From contig ADNK01001159.1 in the NCBI GenBank assembly GCA_000320545.1, positions 8,104 through 72,103 on the forward strand: a DNA stretch of 64,000 nucleotides, given 5' to 3'. The position numbers and the translations under genes were made by a program. This document shows, piece by piece, positions 1-12,475 of the stretch. How positions within the stretch are numbered: the first letter of the stretch is position 1; every line of letters starts with the position of its first letter. Source of the stretch: Bigelowiella natans CCMP2755. Lineage: Eukaryota > Protista > Cercozoa. The notes beneath the pieces were generated by a model, which did not search any database, had not been told where the DNA came from, and saw only the letters and a list, made by a program, of their open reading frames with translations.

Positions 1-161
1 GTGTAAGTGTACTTTTATATAAATTTGAATACATGCTATATCCCTTCTTCTTCCTAATTTTTCCCAACCTCTCACCAAATATACAATACCTTGAACCAGT
101 TGTTGGAAGTGAACCGCTTGTAGTGTATAATGAGATATCGAGGCAACTTTGATAGCTGGAT

Positions 162-242
<81 letters not shown>

Positions 243-1930
243 GGGGGATGGGGAGGAAACTAGTCGGCAGAACGCACCTGGAATCTTCGTTTTTCCCCTG
301 ATCTGAGTGTTTCAGATGTTACACCATCGAACTTAGCGAGTAGGTCAAAGAGGGGCACCTAAAATGAAGAACAACAATTATGCTGACCGCCACGTAAATC
401 TGCCTGGTACGATATATTCATAATATCTAGGTAGTAATAATGCCTGGGGAATGAAGTTGGTGTCTTGGTTGTCCTTGAATAGTGGAGATCGGGGGAGCTC
501 CAAGGAAAGATATATAAACTTCTTGTGTGTTATTTTGCTTTCGATCTGTTCCTTGATTTCAATCTGATGTGAATGCGATAATATTCTTTACGATGCTGCC
601 ACTGGAAACTATGATGAAGATGATGATGATAATGATAATGTTTTCAACTCTACACGCTGGATTTATCGTTACCTGTCCGGGAGCAATTTTCCTCGTCTCT
701 TTCTTGACTACGGTGTCAGTCATCATCTTTGTTGTAGGTGTGTGTTATTATAATTAGTGGCGCCATTTAAACAATGGTAGCATAATGGGAACCAGCATTA
801 TTGTATTACCTTCACTTGGCCTTGAAATGCTTGTGTGATAATGGAGGATTTGCGCTTCTTGTTTCCTCCCAAGCTTAAATGAGATGTATTGAGAAACCTG
901 CAGGAATTATCATCATACACAATTTTAAGATATAAGCAATTCGAGAATTTGGAGTAGGACCAGAAAATGGCAATTATGTGGTGGTAATACCAGGCGAGGA
1001 ATTCGATAGGATCCGAGTGTTTCCCGATTGTGAATCGTTTTCTATCCATGAAGATTTAGTTATTATTTGTGCTTCTTAGCAGTATATCCTTCAGTGAAAG
1101 ATGCGCGTTATCATGATCTTCATATTTCATCAATGCCGTCATTGCGAACGCCATTAATACCATTACTCGTCATCATAAATTATCATTTCATACGTTCATC
1201 CCATAACATAGTTTAGACCAGATATATATGATTTACCTGCTCGCGTGCATAACAGCTTGAAGAACTTCGTGGGGAGAAACATGCCCTGAATGCACAATGC
1301 CCGGTGATCATCAAAAGCATTATCAAGTAGAAGATAACCCAACCCCCCCCGCCGTCCCATTTCTCAGTGATTAGTTCTGGAAACCAAGGTCTTTTCATGA
1401 AAAAAGAGACTCCGGCCAGATTAAAAAAAATCAATTCTCATATCTTAACTCTAGTTATGAAACTAGATTCTTATCTTTCTGAAACCTACCCTTGAATCCT
1501 TTGGGATTCCAAAACTTTCGCATGAATTCGCCGAATTTCAATACGAGTTGCGGGTGGCACACTTGCGGTTGTCTGATTAACCAAATCGCAGTTTTTGATT
1601 TATAATTTCTACAGGAGAAAGAATGATATCTATAGACTAACACGTACAAGTATTGGAAGGCTATATATCTGTATTTTACGTATTCCATCCCATCAAAACG
1701 GTATGGCAGCTTCGAACTAGTTTCCCCCTACTGTTTCCCTAACTAGGGACTCACTTTCTTTCAGCTTCGTGAACAAGTTTTGTATATTTATCTTCGAACA
1801 GAAAGTAGTCACGTAGCATCGGAACATGGCACAGAGCTTGCGCCGAGACCTACAAAGTACCGCACAAATCTCCTCAAGTTCTTACACACAAGAAAGCACA
1901 CACACACACACACACACATACACAAACGGG

Positions 1931-1961
<31 letters not shown>

Positions 1962-3028
1962 ATATATATTATGTATGTATATATAAATATATATGTACAT
2001 ATTTAATATTATTAACACAAAGGCAAAATCATATTAGATTCTCTGCTTTGGATGTAATAATAAAATTGTTCTTACGTTGAACCATTCGGTGAACTTAATG
2101 TTGTTGATTCCCATAAAACCTGTATGTTAAGCAACCATACAATATTTGAATAAATAAAGAGGACTTATTGGAAATTCGTTGAAGAATACGCTACCAATTA
2201 AGTAATCAGTGCCATCTAGAGCATGGTAGTACTCCCCTTCTTTGTCGAAACGCTTAATTTCCTGAAAAATAGAATAAATCATCTCAAACATTGATAGCAC
2301 ATTATCATCGTTATTGCAAGTGCAACCACCTTTTTCATGAAGGTCGGTCGTAGATTATAAGTAATATCTTCTAGAGAAGTCTCGTGAACCTAAAACATGG
2401 GCAACGAAGAAGCACACAGTTATTATTTAACAGTTGGCTCAGCATTTTCTGATCCAAAGCAGTAACCTGGTAGTTGTCCGGCAGACAGTATATTTTTTCC
2501 GTCGTGAGATTGATAAACATATGATGGCCCACTTCTAAAGCATGCAAATAGGCGTGTGTCCCCTTTCCGCGACCTTGAATGGATTTCCAACCAGTCACAC
2601 AACGAAGTGGTATGGCAGTATTAAAACAAATCTTTGGCTTGCGCTACCTTGGAAATATTGTCCGCACACCAGGCAGGCGTAAACATTAAAGTTGTTCAAG
2701 GACACAGAGCACACCTTCTCGAAGTCAAAATCCAAGACCTGCTCGCGAATACAAATCCGATTTTTTTTCGTTAAATTCTCACCCGAGATGTTGAAGCCAA
2801 AAAAAAATGAAGGACCTTGCGATTGATCGTATCAAGATAAGGGCACATGAAGCCTATCTTTGGAGCCCCCCGTTGAGGTACCCGCGCCTTTTCCTTCTTG
2901 ATGTTTTCATCAGTACGCGGTAATGAAGCTGCCAGTTTAGCCTCAGGCACATCCTCAACCTTAACCTTAACCTTGCGCTCCTTATTCTCGCTATCCTCCC
3001 TGGGTCTCTTGTTGGTACTGGTGCTCAT
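1..3028 (-). CDS. USP39: U4/U6.U5 tri-snRNP-associated protein 2 (USP39/Sad1), multi-exon, runs off the left edge of the window
   Basis: Spliced exons give CPYLDTINRKVLDFDFEKVCSVSLNNFNVYACLVCGQYFQGRGKGTHAYLHALEVGHHMFINLTTEKIYCLPDNYQV (ZnF-UBP), then LVLKFGEFMRKFWNPKGFKG, VSPHEVLQAV and KRFTIGKHSDPIEFLAW; ATG at 3028. Confidence 0.95.
163..238. repeat. (CA)n/(GA)n compound microsatellite in a USP39 intron
   Basis: Read directly from the sequence. Confidence 0.95.
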
Positions 3029-3399
3029 ATTAAAATGACGTAGAATCGGTCCTACAATGCTCCGTCAAGTAATAAGATTTGGGTTGTTCCTTTGTTCCGT
3101 GTACGTAGGTCTAAGGCGCAGCGACTCCTCACTAGCAGACCTCCTCGTTCCTTGCGCACTTGAAATAATGTAATCACGAGTGAACTCGGAATCCTGAACA
3201 AGATGTGGAAAAGGGATCCTTTTTCTTATTGGCGACAACGAAATAAGTAGAAAACACATGAATATGAAGACTATTGGCTGCGATGATGAGCTGGATTATG
3301 ATTTAGGGTATTCTCTGGATGAATTCGTTCCAGTGGAGATCCGCTTGAGGAGGAGGACAACGAAGAGGTGGGGGGTTGGAGGAGCTCTCGTTCGCAGGC

Positions 3400-4089
3400 A
3401 TGGAGGATGATGAATCTTCCAAGAGGAGGAAGATCAAGCATGTTGGCAAAGTTAATGAGGGGGGGAAGGTAAAATGGGAAGAGAAAGGGGGGAAGGCTGA
3501 CAAAACAGAAAAAGATGGGACACGCAAGAAGGAAAAGAAGGAGAACACAAAAAAGGCACCATTCAAGTTTTGCCCTACGTGCTCAAACTGCTTACTAGTC
3601 GAGGAATGCTATTCCGAGGAGATATATTTTCGGTTATTCTGTCAGGTGATGTCTTTTAAACTAATCATTTTCTTGTAGCATTCATTATCCATAAATTATC
3701 TCAGACATGTCCTTACATTGAGCGCATTACAACAACAATACGCGAGACAACTTTCATGAAGAAGAAGAAGAAGGTCGATGATGTCCTTGGCGGCCCAGAC
3801 GCATGGAAACACGCGGATAGAACAGAAAGTAAATCATCATTACAGGAATTGACACCGACAAACCTCTCATAACAATCCTTGATAATATTTTTTTGCTTGC
3901 TCTTTGTAGCACTGTGCCCAAAATGTAGGCACACAGAAGCATACTACAAACAATTACAGGTTGTGGAAAAGATATTTTCTTGAAAGTCGCCGTTTTAGAT
4001 GTATTTTTTTAACCTAGATGAGAAGCGCGGACGAGCCTATGACGACGTTCTATAGATGCGTAAAGTGTGGGAACAATTGGAGGGATTGA
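3400..4089 (+). CDS. RPC11: RNA polymerase III subunit C11 (RPC11/POLR3K) with a Lys-rich N-terminal extension; 4 exons; start uncertain
   Basis: FCPTCSNCL...FCQ|TCPY zinc ribbon, KVDDVLGGPDAWKHADRT, CPKC...YYKQLQ|MRSADEPMTTFYRCVKCGNNWRD* (TFIIS-like C-terminal ribbon); stop at 4087-4089. Confidence 0.92.
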
Positions 4090-4540
4090 TCTGACTATAC
4101 AAAAATTAAGGTACTTGTCCATATAAATATTTAGAGTAAAAAAAATAACGCATGTGTATGATTTATTGATAGGTTTTCTTAGCAAGGTGTAAACTAAATT
4201 ACGTCAGAACCCGAGTAGGAGTTGAGCGTTCGCTTCGGAAGCATCATCATAGCTGAACAGAATCGTGTGACACGCTACTTGACTACCATGCTGTCAGCTG
4301 AGATGTTGACTTGTACAAAGAGGAAAAAGTGCAGTGTCCAACTAAGGCCACAGGCCACATCCAGACATGAAGCTATAGCAGTAAAAAGGTGCCATACCGG
4401 CTGCAATGAAATTAGAAACGATGGGTGACATGATCACGCTTCCTGTTCATCCACACGTGTAACATCACATGTTGACCCTGGTGATTGGTCAACAGCTAGC
4501 TGTCGTCGATGAGTGACGTACGTGTACTCATCAGTAATTG

Positions 4541-5740
4541 CTCCTGTTGATTTTGAGTCTGCTGGCAGCAGTGCGCAGTTGTGCCAAGGTTGTCAAACGT
4601 CAGTTGTCAAGCAATGAAAACCCGTGTGGAGGAAATGGAGGTGTTTCCGCACTCATCATCAAAAATGATTGACGCACAGCATCGCAATGTGCAAATGTGT
4701 TTCCGCATCTCTGCACTGACAACACCAGAAGATGCTGGTGGACATCATTGCTAGCCGCTAGTAGATTGCAGCGCTGCGTGGGCGCATGCACATTGATTTG
4801 CTTGTTTGCACACACACGTGGACATGCACGCGGGGAGGAAAATTTGATGCGCCTGTCTAGCTGTGCACGTCCCGACAGCCTCGTCATCCGCCAAAAAACA
4901 TTGCGCCGCGCCATGTGGACTAGACGCCCAGTCCTGGAGTTTGCATTGGCAGTGCATGCAACAGCTAGCCAGCTAGCCAGGCTAGCGGGCTGTGCTGGTG
5001 TGAGCCAACAATGCCAGAAGGACTAGAACAATGAGATCAGCCGATGAGATCTCAATGCAACACGAAAACCGGCAAAGGGGCCGGATGAATTGATGGCACG
5101 CATGCCAGTGCATTGTGATCACTTGCATTGAAAAAAACGTTTCCAACATTGAACCTTCAGCACACTGGGAAAATTGCCTGGTTGCGCTCTGCGCACAAAT
5201 CATGCGAAATCTGGTGAAAGTTTCCTTTTCTGGTTTCCAAAAAAATGATTTGGAAATCAGGAATTTGACACTTGTTTTCAAGCAAAATCCAATTCACTGC
5301 CGACTTGAACCAGTTTTTTTTCAAATGACACTTCGGATGAGATGCCAAAGTGAACCAAATTGCTTTTTGCCATCTCAAAAGTGTCAATTCAGGAATTCCA
5401 TCAGGAAATTTTGAGGGGTCTTGCAGGAACTCAGCACGCACCAAGTTCCGAAACCAAATCCCTCACATCCACTGCTTCAATTGCTGCCGTCTAGCCGTGC
5501 AGGCCAGCAGACCGAGATGGAAAGTTCAGACAATCAACAACAACAACGACAATGAGAGCGTGCCATCTCCCGCTACGCACGCGATGAGTGCACAAACTGG
5601 CAAACCGAAGGCGCGACACTGCATGTGCGTCCACGGAAAGTCTTGAGGCTCCGTGCTGGCGTGCGCCATGCTAGCATGTTCCAAAAGCACACATGGAACG
5701 TCCACACGCATCATGGCACGCATGCCAGTGCACGTGTGTT

Positions 5741-5791
<51 letters not shown>

Positions 5792-5820
5792 ACTCCTCAC
5801 ACTCATTGCCCAATCCTTTT
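4541..5820. other. TpA-depleted, CTAG-sparing intergenic island
   Basis: Manual count: 12 TA in about 1280 nt, 10 of them in CTAG (the others GTAG and CTAC); no TA at all in the AT-rich stretch 5026-5490. Confidence 0.9.
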
Positions 5821-5862
5821 GCTGCCATTTTACTTCCACTGCTACTTCTACCACTACTACTT

Positions 5863-5903
<41 letters not shown>

Positions 5904-5925
5904 GCTACTGTGAGTCCTGCTGCTA
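5743..5925. repeat. (GA)n followed by interrupted (CTA)n microsatellites
   Basis: Read directly from the sequence. Confidence 0.9.
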
Positions 5926-6450
5926 CTGAAAATTGACCCAACTCTTTCATCATTCACCCATTGCTTGTACTGCCTGAATGGCAATGCTGCCGCTGCTACC
6001 GACCTTTGTTGTTCCTCACCTCGATGTTTGCCTTTTGCTCAATTAAACACTTCAGACGAGCGAGATCGTTGTTCTTTGCTGCGTGGAAGATGTCAGACAT
6101 TGTTCAACTGTTTCTGCAATCACTGTGACGATGGGGGTGGACAATGGCAATGTGGGGGGGACGACTGCGAAAGAAATTGAGAGATCTGTAAGATTTATCT
6201 TTTCCGTGTCAAAATTCCTATTTGTCACCCTACTACCGGCAATTTTCGTAAAAGACTTGCAATAGTTGGCTATTTAAGTGGATTTCACATCAGATGTGTC
6301 GTTCTAGCCGTTCATGGACATTTTTATACCAGATTCTACGATCCTACTCTCCACATCGTTGTGCACACAATCACATAATTCAGGAGTCAGGCTACCTTTC
6401 CAAGTTGGTGTCTTTCACCTTGATGTTTGAAGCACGAATATTTTCATTAG

Positions 6451-8218
6451 ATGGGAGCCAGCGCTGGGCTGTTACAGCCTTCGTCGTCACTCCAAGATGC
6501 GAATCGACGGGATGAGATTCGAAAGACTGCCAAGTCTGCGTTCAAGGCCTGGCATTTTGGCTGTATCGCAACTGTCACCGGAGTAGGAGCAATGATTGCG
6601 CATTACAACAAGGTGCAAAACACCCTGCCCACAAAGGAGCCGTCACTTAAAACTCTCTATCCCTCTCTCTCTCTCTGATTCCAGGCGACATGGATTCGGA
6701 GTATCTTTGCGGTAGCTACATCTGGAGCAATCATTGGCTTTCTGGTATTTATTTTTTGTAGTCTAACGGACTATGGCTGATAAGGAAGATTGATTTTTGT
6801 AGTGGCTGCGACCTGTTTACGAAAACGGTAAATTGAAGCGTGTCGGCACATACGCTGCAGCGGTATCAATACAATACGCTAACAAGCCCCCCCCCCCCCC
6901 CCCCCTCTCTAGCAGAAATATTAACTTCACTATCTTTCAGGTTCAAGCCATGGGAAAAGTTACACCGATACCTCTAGAGTGTCGAAAAGGAAAGCTGTAT
7001 AGAAGCTCTATGCCGGGTGACTTTGGATTAAAAAGACTAGTTTGTACTGTCCAGTCAGCGAGCTTTTGTTTTAATCTATCTATATTACTCTTCTCCAGGT
7101 GGATCATACGACGATGAAAGTGAAGTAAGTCATTTGCTCAAATCCAAGATTAATGATCTCTAATTGAGAAAATACATTGGCAGGTGTTGAGTTTATGGAA
7201 GCGTTTCGATGTAACACACATTGCCTGCTTGAATCCAGAAAAAGAAATTCTGAAGAAATCAGGTAAGTTTTGTTTACTAAGCATAATAGAAGGTGGATCA
7301 AATAAGTGTGTTCTTGGATGTGCTTATCTCAAAGGAAAAGACTTGTTGAAGGAGTATAAAAAAAGAGGACTCACGGTAGTGTCTAACCTGTTGATAATGA
7401 ATTCAACTGATTTTTCTTCATTCAAGGTTAAAACTTGCCCAATCCGTAACTATTACGGCACACAAGTTTTGAGAATTCAGGAGCTTGTGGACACGATAGT
7501 ACGTACATCATCTTTTGAGTTTTGGCTAATTTATTAGTTTGTGATACCTCCATAGATTTCCTCACTTTTCTTTGTTTTGTTCTTTGTATTTCGTTAGGAT
7601 TGTTGGTTAGATGATGGTAAAAATGTTGCCATACACTGTAGTGCTGGTGTTGGTCGGACAGGTGAATAAAAATCGTAAATCAAAACTGTGGGGAATGATT
7701 AAGCGGAGCAGATTTATTATTTTAGGAATGGTTATAGGATGCCTCATGCAAAGTGCCTTTGGATTTGAAGTTGACGAGGCTATACAATATGTTCAGAAGT
7801 ATCTGAAGATTTTGCTCAAATGCCAAAAAATGAATAATGAACCCGTAAATTTTAATAATGATGGATAATACAGGTATATTCGATGTGCTCTAACAAACCC
7901 GAAGCAGATTATAGTGGTAGGTGGTAAATTTTTGCTGGGGTACGGAAGGGGAGGAGAGAGAGAAGATAGATGGATGCATTGTTCTTAACTATGCAAGGGT
8001 ATAATCATGTTTTTTCAAGGTCTCAGCATTCGGAGAGCATCTCTCGAGAATGTCGTCAGAAAGTATTAAGAATCTAATTGTCGTGGTGCAGTTGTTATTC
8101 ATTTGCTTTTGTTGTTTTTGTAGAGAAAGACGATGGTAGTTTGAGGATACAATCTAGCGAAAATAAGAAGATTCCTGCCGGAAAGCTTGAAGTTATATCT
8201 GACGAACAGGACAAATGA
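6451..8218 (+). CDS. Cys-based (CX5R) dual-specificity/lipid phosphatase-like protein with N-terminal hydrophobic segments; about 12 small exons
   Basis: Exons: GKLYRSSMPG, FDVTHIACLNPEKEI, KDLLKEYKKRGLT, CPIRNYYG, DGKNVAIHCSAGVGRTG (7634-7662), MVIGCL...EAIQYVQK, IRCALTNPKQ; 3' end inferred. Confidence 0.85.
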
Positions 8219-8409
8219 TACCGCAAAATTATTAACTACCCTCAATTGAAGAAAGCTAATGAGTTACCACTGTGAAAGAACAGCAGCTGAAAAATGAGAC
8301 GCATTGCGCATTGTAGCTGCCTTAGTTTCATCATCATGCAATCTACACAGCAGATATGTGTCGCAATGTACTGTGTATTTAGTTAATGCGCAGAGCTACA
8401 TACGCATCG

Positions 8410-8760
8410 CATGTAGCTTGTGGATGAACGCTCTCGCTAGCTCGCTCGTGCATGCGCAGCATGAACACAACTGTGCACATGCGCACGCACACAGCTCTGG
8501 AGCTGCCCTAATGATCAGATTGCTTCTCAAAGCAAACAAGCTCGATCAGGCATGTTCTCATCTTCCTTGAGCTTTGTTCTCTCTGAATGAAATGCATGGA
8601 GAGCAGCAAATGCACTCGGAACGGCTCCGATGATGCAAACACGACGTTCCGCGATGATGCAAACACGACGCTTTCTCGACTCATCTGTGGCTACGATGAT
8701 GGTGGTTTCGATCATCTCATCCACCGACAAGCTGGTGCTGGTGCTACTGTTGTTGTGATT
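8410..8760. other. Short TpA-poor intergenic island with a direct repeat of 24-nt period (8628-8670)
   Basis: Few TA, mostly as CTA/TAG; alternating CA/TG tracts; cgatgatgcaaacacgacg occurs twice. Confidence 0.6.
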
Positions 8761-8933
8761 CTATGGTGGTGGTGGTGGTGGTGGTGGTGGCGATAGTGGT
8801 GGCCTCCTCCTTCTCCTCCTGCTCCTTCTCTTCTCTAGATGTTCCGCAGCGGGAAAAGTGGTTGCGAGGAGCCGTGCTTGGATGTACTCTATTTTGAATG
8901 AATGATTAAATCAATAATGATACAGGTAACAAC

Positions 8934-10452
8934 ATGGGAAATACTCATGACATAGAGAACTCTCCAATGTGAGATGTAGTAGTAGTACATGTAGTAGTAG
9001 TTGTAGTGTACGGAAAGTTTAGATCTAGTGTTCACACATTTGACACTTGTTCATCCGACGAGGAAAAATGAACTAATATTTCGTTTCCTACATTATTGCA
9101 TTCTATTCTGTGTGCCTGCATGTCGTACCGACAAAAGATAGACGATTTCGTTGGTGTCGCATGACGATAATGATGATGAGATGATCTACCTTTCTTGTTG
9201 TACAAACAAGCCGACGGACTGGACTGGACCTAGACCTCCACCTGACCACAGACACGATGTTGAGAAAATTCGTTGCAGATTCGCTGTCACCACCAAACAT
9301 GAACCCAGTAGAGTTCAAGATGGACTTGGAAGATGTGCCTTTTGACCCAAGGCGTCATTTACAGTACGAACCACCGACACACGTAAAAACTTTGGATTTC
9401 AAAGATGTTCCATTTCCCTACTCGCCGGAGATTCAACGGGACTTCCCTGGGGTAGCTTATACGCGCCCATTTCGTTTGCTTTCAGAGGAAGGCACTCAAA
9501 TATTGAGTGAGTGTTCTATTTTGTATCATCCTGTTGTTGTCCCTAAAGTATCTTCACCTTTTTCACACTCTTTCCCCATCCAGAATCGATTGTTATGAGG
9601 TACAAAGATACCCATCTTAAACAAAATGAGCGTAACAAGTGTCTTCGTGGACTTGGTTACCTCTCGAAATGGGTGCGCGACTTCTCGTTTAACCCTGATG
9701 TCAACAAAATTTTTGCAGATCTCTCACTTCAACCCCTATCTCCCCACAATGGAATTATGAACCATGGACACACAAATTTTGGAGAGCCAGGAGCTGGTAG
9801 AGCTGTGGACCAATGGCATGTCGACAGCACCGACTATGTGTTCGTTCTTATCTTAAGCGACATGACAGACATGGATGGGGGAGAACTGCAGGTATTGCAG
9901 ATGGCTGATGCCAGCGGGAAATTCTTCGATGATCTCAGGGTGACGGGAGTTCCAAAATCTAAGATTGAAACTGTCAACTATAAGGGGGCAGGTTACTGCG
10001 TCTTCATGCAGGGCTCGAAGATCCTGCACTCAGTTACACCAGTCCTGAAGGCGAGGGAGCCCCGTATCTCCTTCGTACAGTCCTTCACGAATAGAAATGT
10101 GTTTGCGGACGATAGGACTCGCCTCGTTGCATTTCGAGATCAAGCTAATGATCCAGACGATGTAGCTAATCTCGAGTATGCCCGTCATAAAGCCTGGCGT
10201 GTAAAGGGGCAGATGCAATACATAGCTGAAAAAGTAAAATTTGGTACCTCCGAAAAAGAGTTGGCTAGCATATTTGCTAACGCAGCGAAGGAGCTCTTAA
10301 AAGCCCGTAAACTGCTTTTGAGAGAAATTAGTGATCTACCAGGATTTTTAGTAAACGAAAATGATAAAGTCACAACCTCTGGAAAAGACCGTGGCGCCAA
10401 ACAAAAGGTTGTGAATAAAGGGGGAAATGGAGCTCCAAGGGCAAAACTCTAA
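8934..10452 (+). CDS. 2-oxoglutarate/Fe(II)-dependent dioxygenase-like protein with C-terminal PTS1 (-AKL); start 8934 or 9257
   Basis: PFDPRRHLQYEPP, TRPFRLLSEEG, WHVDSTDY (HxD), GGEL, ILHSV (distal His), PRISFVQSF (2OG-binding Arg); ends PRAKL*. Confidence 0.8.
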
Positions 10453-10859
10453 ATGTAGATAAAATTAGATACTGCAAAAATCTCTGCAATTCCCTGGTCG
10501 TCACGTTCACAGAATCAGCGAAAGTGCTTTTGGATAATCATCCGGGATTTAAGGATGAACGAATCTTGTTTTCATGTTTTCATTGCTTCACACGTAATAT
10601 ATGCAAGCCTCTGCTACGATGTTACATACACCTGATACCATGTTCATTACACACTGTACGTACAAGAGTGCCTCTTCTCTGATACATACGCATGAGCTGC
10701 GACCGTACCTGGCAAGAACCGTCAGTCACGTCAGGCTGGGCCAGAAAAACCGAATTGCTGGTTGCTAGGTTGTTCGCAACATGAAATAAAGAGGGACAAC
10801 CACCTTTAGCCTCACCTAGTCGCTGAGAGCCATGATCGCGGTGGGGTCGTAGTCGGATG

Positions 10860-11620
10860 TGGCACTCTAGCATTACTAGACCATTCAGTTGTTCACCTGC
10901 TATATAGCCTGAGCTGGTCCAGTGGTGATCATCGCTAGATCGTGGCCACGTTGCACACCTAAACAGCGCATGCTAGCCATGCAGCATCTCTTTGGCTGTC
11001 CTGTTCCCTAGCTAGCTAGCTAGCTAATGCCAATTATACAATTGTTCACATTTACATCCATGCATCAATCATGGCTAGATAGCATGTACGTGTACATGCA
11101 TGGTCTCTCTGCGCTGCCTTGCAACTAGTCAATGATGACTCTTAAGGACTAGATCTAGAGATGATACGATGGCAATAATTTGCACAAATTCATCTAGTCA
11201 TGTCCATGGTCCATGATGTGATCTAGTGTGATGCAGCATGCTAGCATGGCTATGCTAGTACGTACTAGAGTAGATGGCATGCGCACGTACGCTAGTACGA
11301 CTATGGCACACAGAGAGCTAGTAGAGGGATGGATCTCTGCGCGCTCTTCTGAGCATCACTAGCGGATCATTTAGAAGTTTACTAGCTAGACTATAGTCTA
11401 GCTAGTGTGCATCATCATCTAATTTCATTCGTGATTTTGTTAGCTCTAGAGCTCATCTCTAGCTAGTTTTGGCAACAACAATCAATAAACACTTCTAGAC
11501 TTCTGAGTTGCTAGCTAGCTAGTGATGTACGTGGTGTGTACCGGGCGGACGAAGAGCCTTCCGTTGGTTTGCAACACTTAACTAACTATCAAGCCTAGCT
11601 AAAATTTACACCTTGCGGCA
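10860..11620. other. CTAG/CATG-rich convergent intergenic spacer with (TAGC)n runs
   Basis: Dozens of CTAG, e.g. cctagctagctagctagcta near 11007-11026; CATGCTAGCATG at 11237. Confidence 0.85.
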
Positions 11621-11958
11621 CTTCGCCAAAATAAGCGTGCGCAGATGCGCAGCCCCAATTTTTACTGTAGAATAGTCCACGCACTCTGCCTAGCTGCTTC
11701 TGATTTGACGATGTCATTATTATTCTAGTATTGGTCGCAGAATGCAGTCGAGGAGTCCTTGTATGTACATTCTACATTTTGGCTTTATATGCGATGCTTA
11801 CTACGAGCTCCGGGTGCCGAAGCGTTGGATAGTCGCTGACCGTTGTGCTTACTTGATTTCATAATCAGTGACGAAGACTTACATTCTAATAATATTTGAG
11901 TCAATACAGTCTCAATGTGTAGGTGAAGTCATCATCACAGTTTCATTTGTATAGTGGG

Positions 11959-11973
11959 GGTGTCTTAGACACC
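11959..11973 (-). promoter_or_regulatory. Histone mRNA 3' stem-loop of H4
   Basis: Minus strand reads caacc-GGTGTC-TAA-GACACC-ccca about 30 nt after the H4 stop; 6-bp stem. Confidence 0.7.
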
Positions 11974-12001
11974 GGTTGTATTTCTGGAATTGACTGGTAA
12001 T

Positions 12002-12454
<453 letters not shown>

Positions 12455-12475
12455 TCATAATTAAAATACGACATA
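12455..12475 (-). promoter_or_regulatory. Candidate histone promoter element upstream of H4
   Basis: Minus strand TATGTCGTATTTTAATTATGA; the same two blocks occur upstream of H2A. Confidence 0.5.

Noticed and set aside
4600-6000. Cluster of overlapping 70-150 aa ORFs in all frames
   Set aside because: By-products of TA depletion and microsatellites
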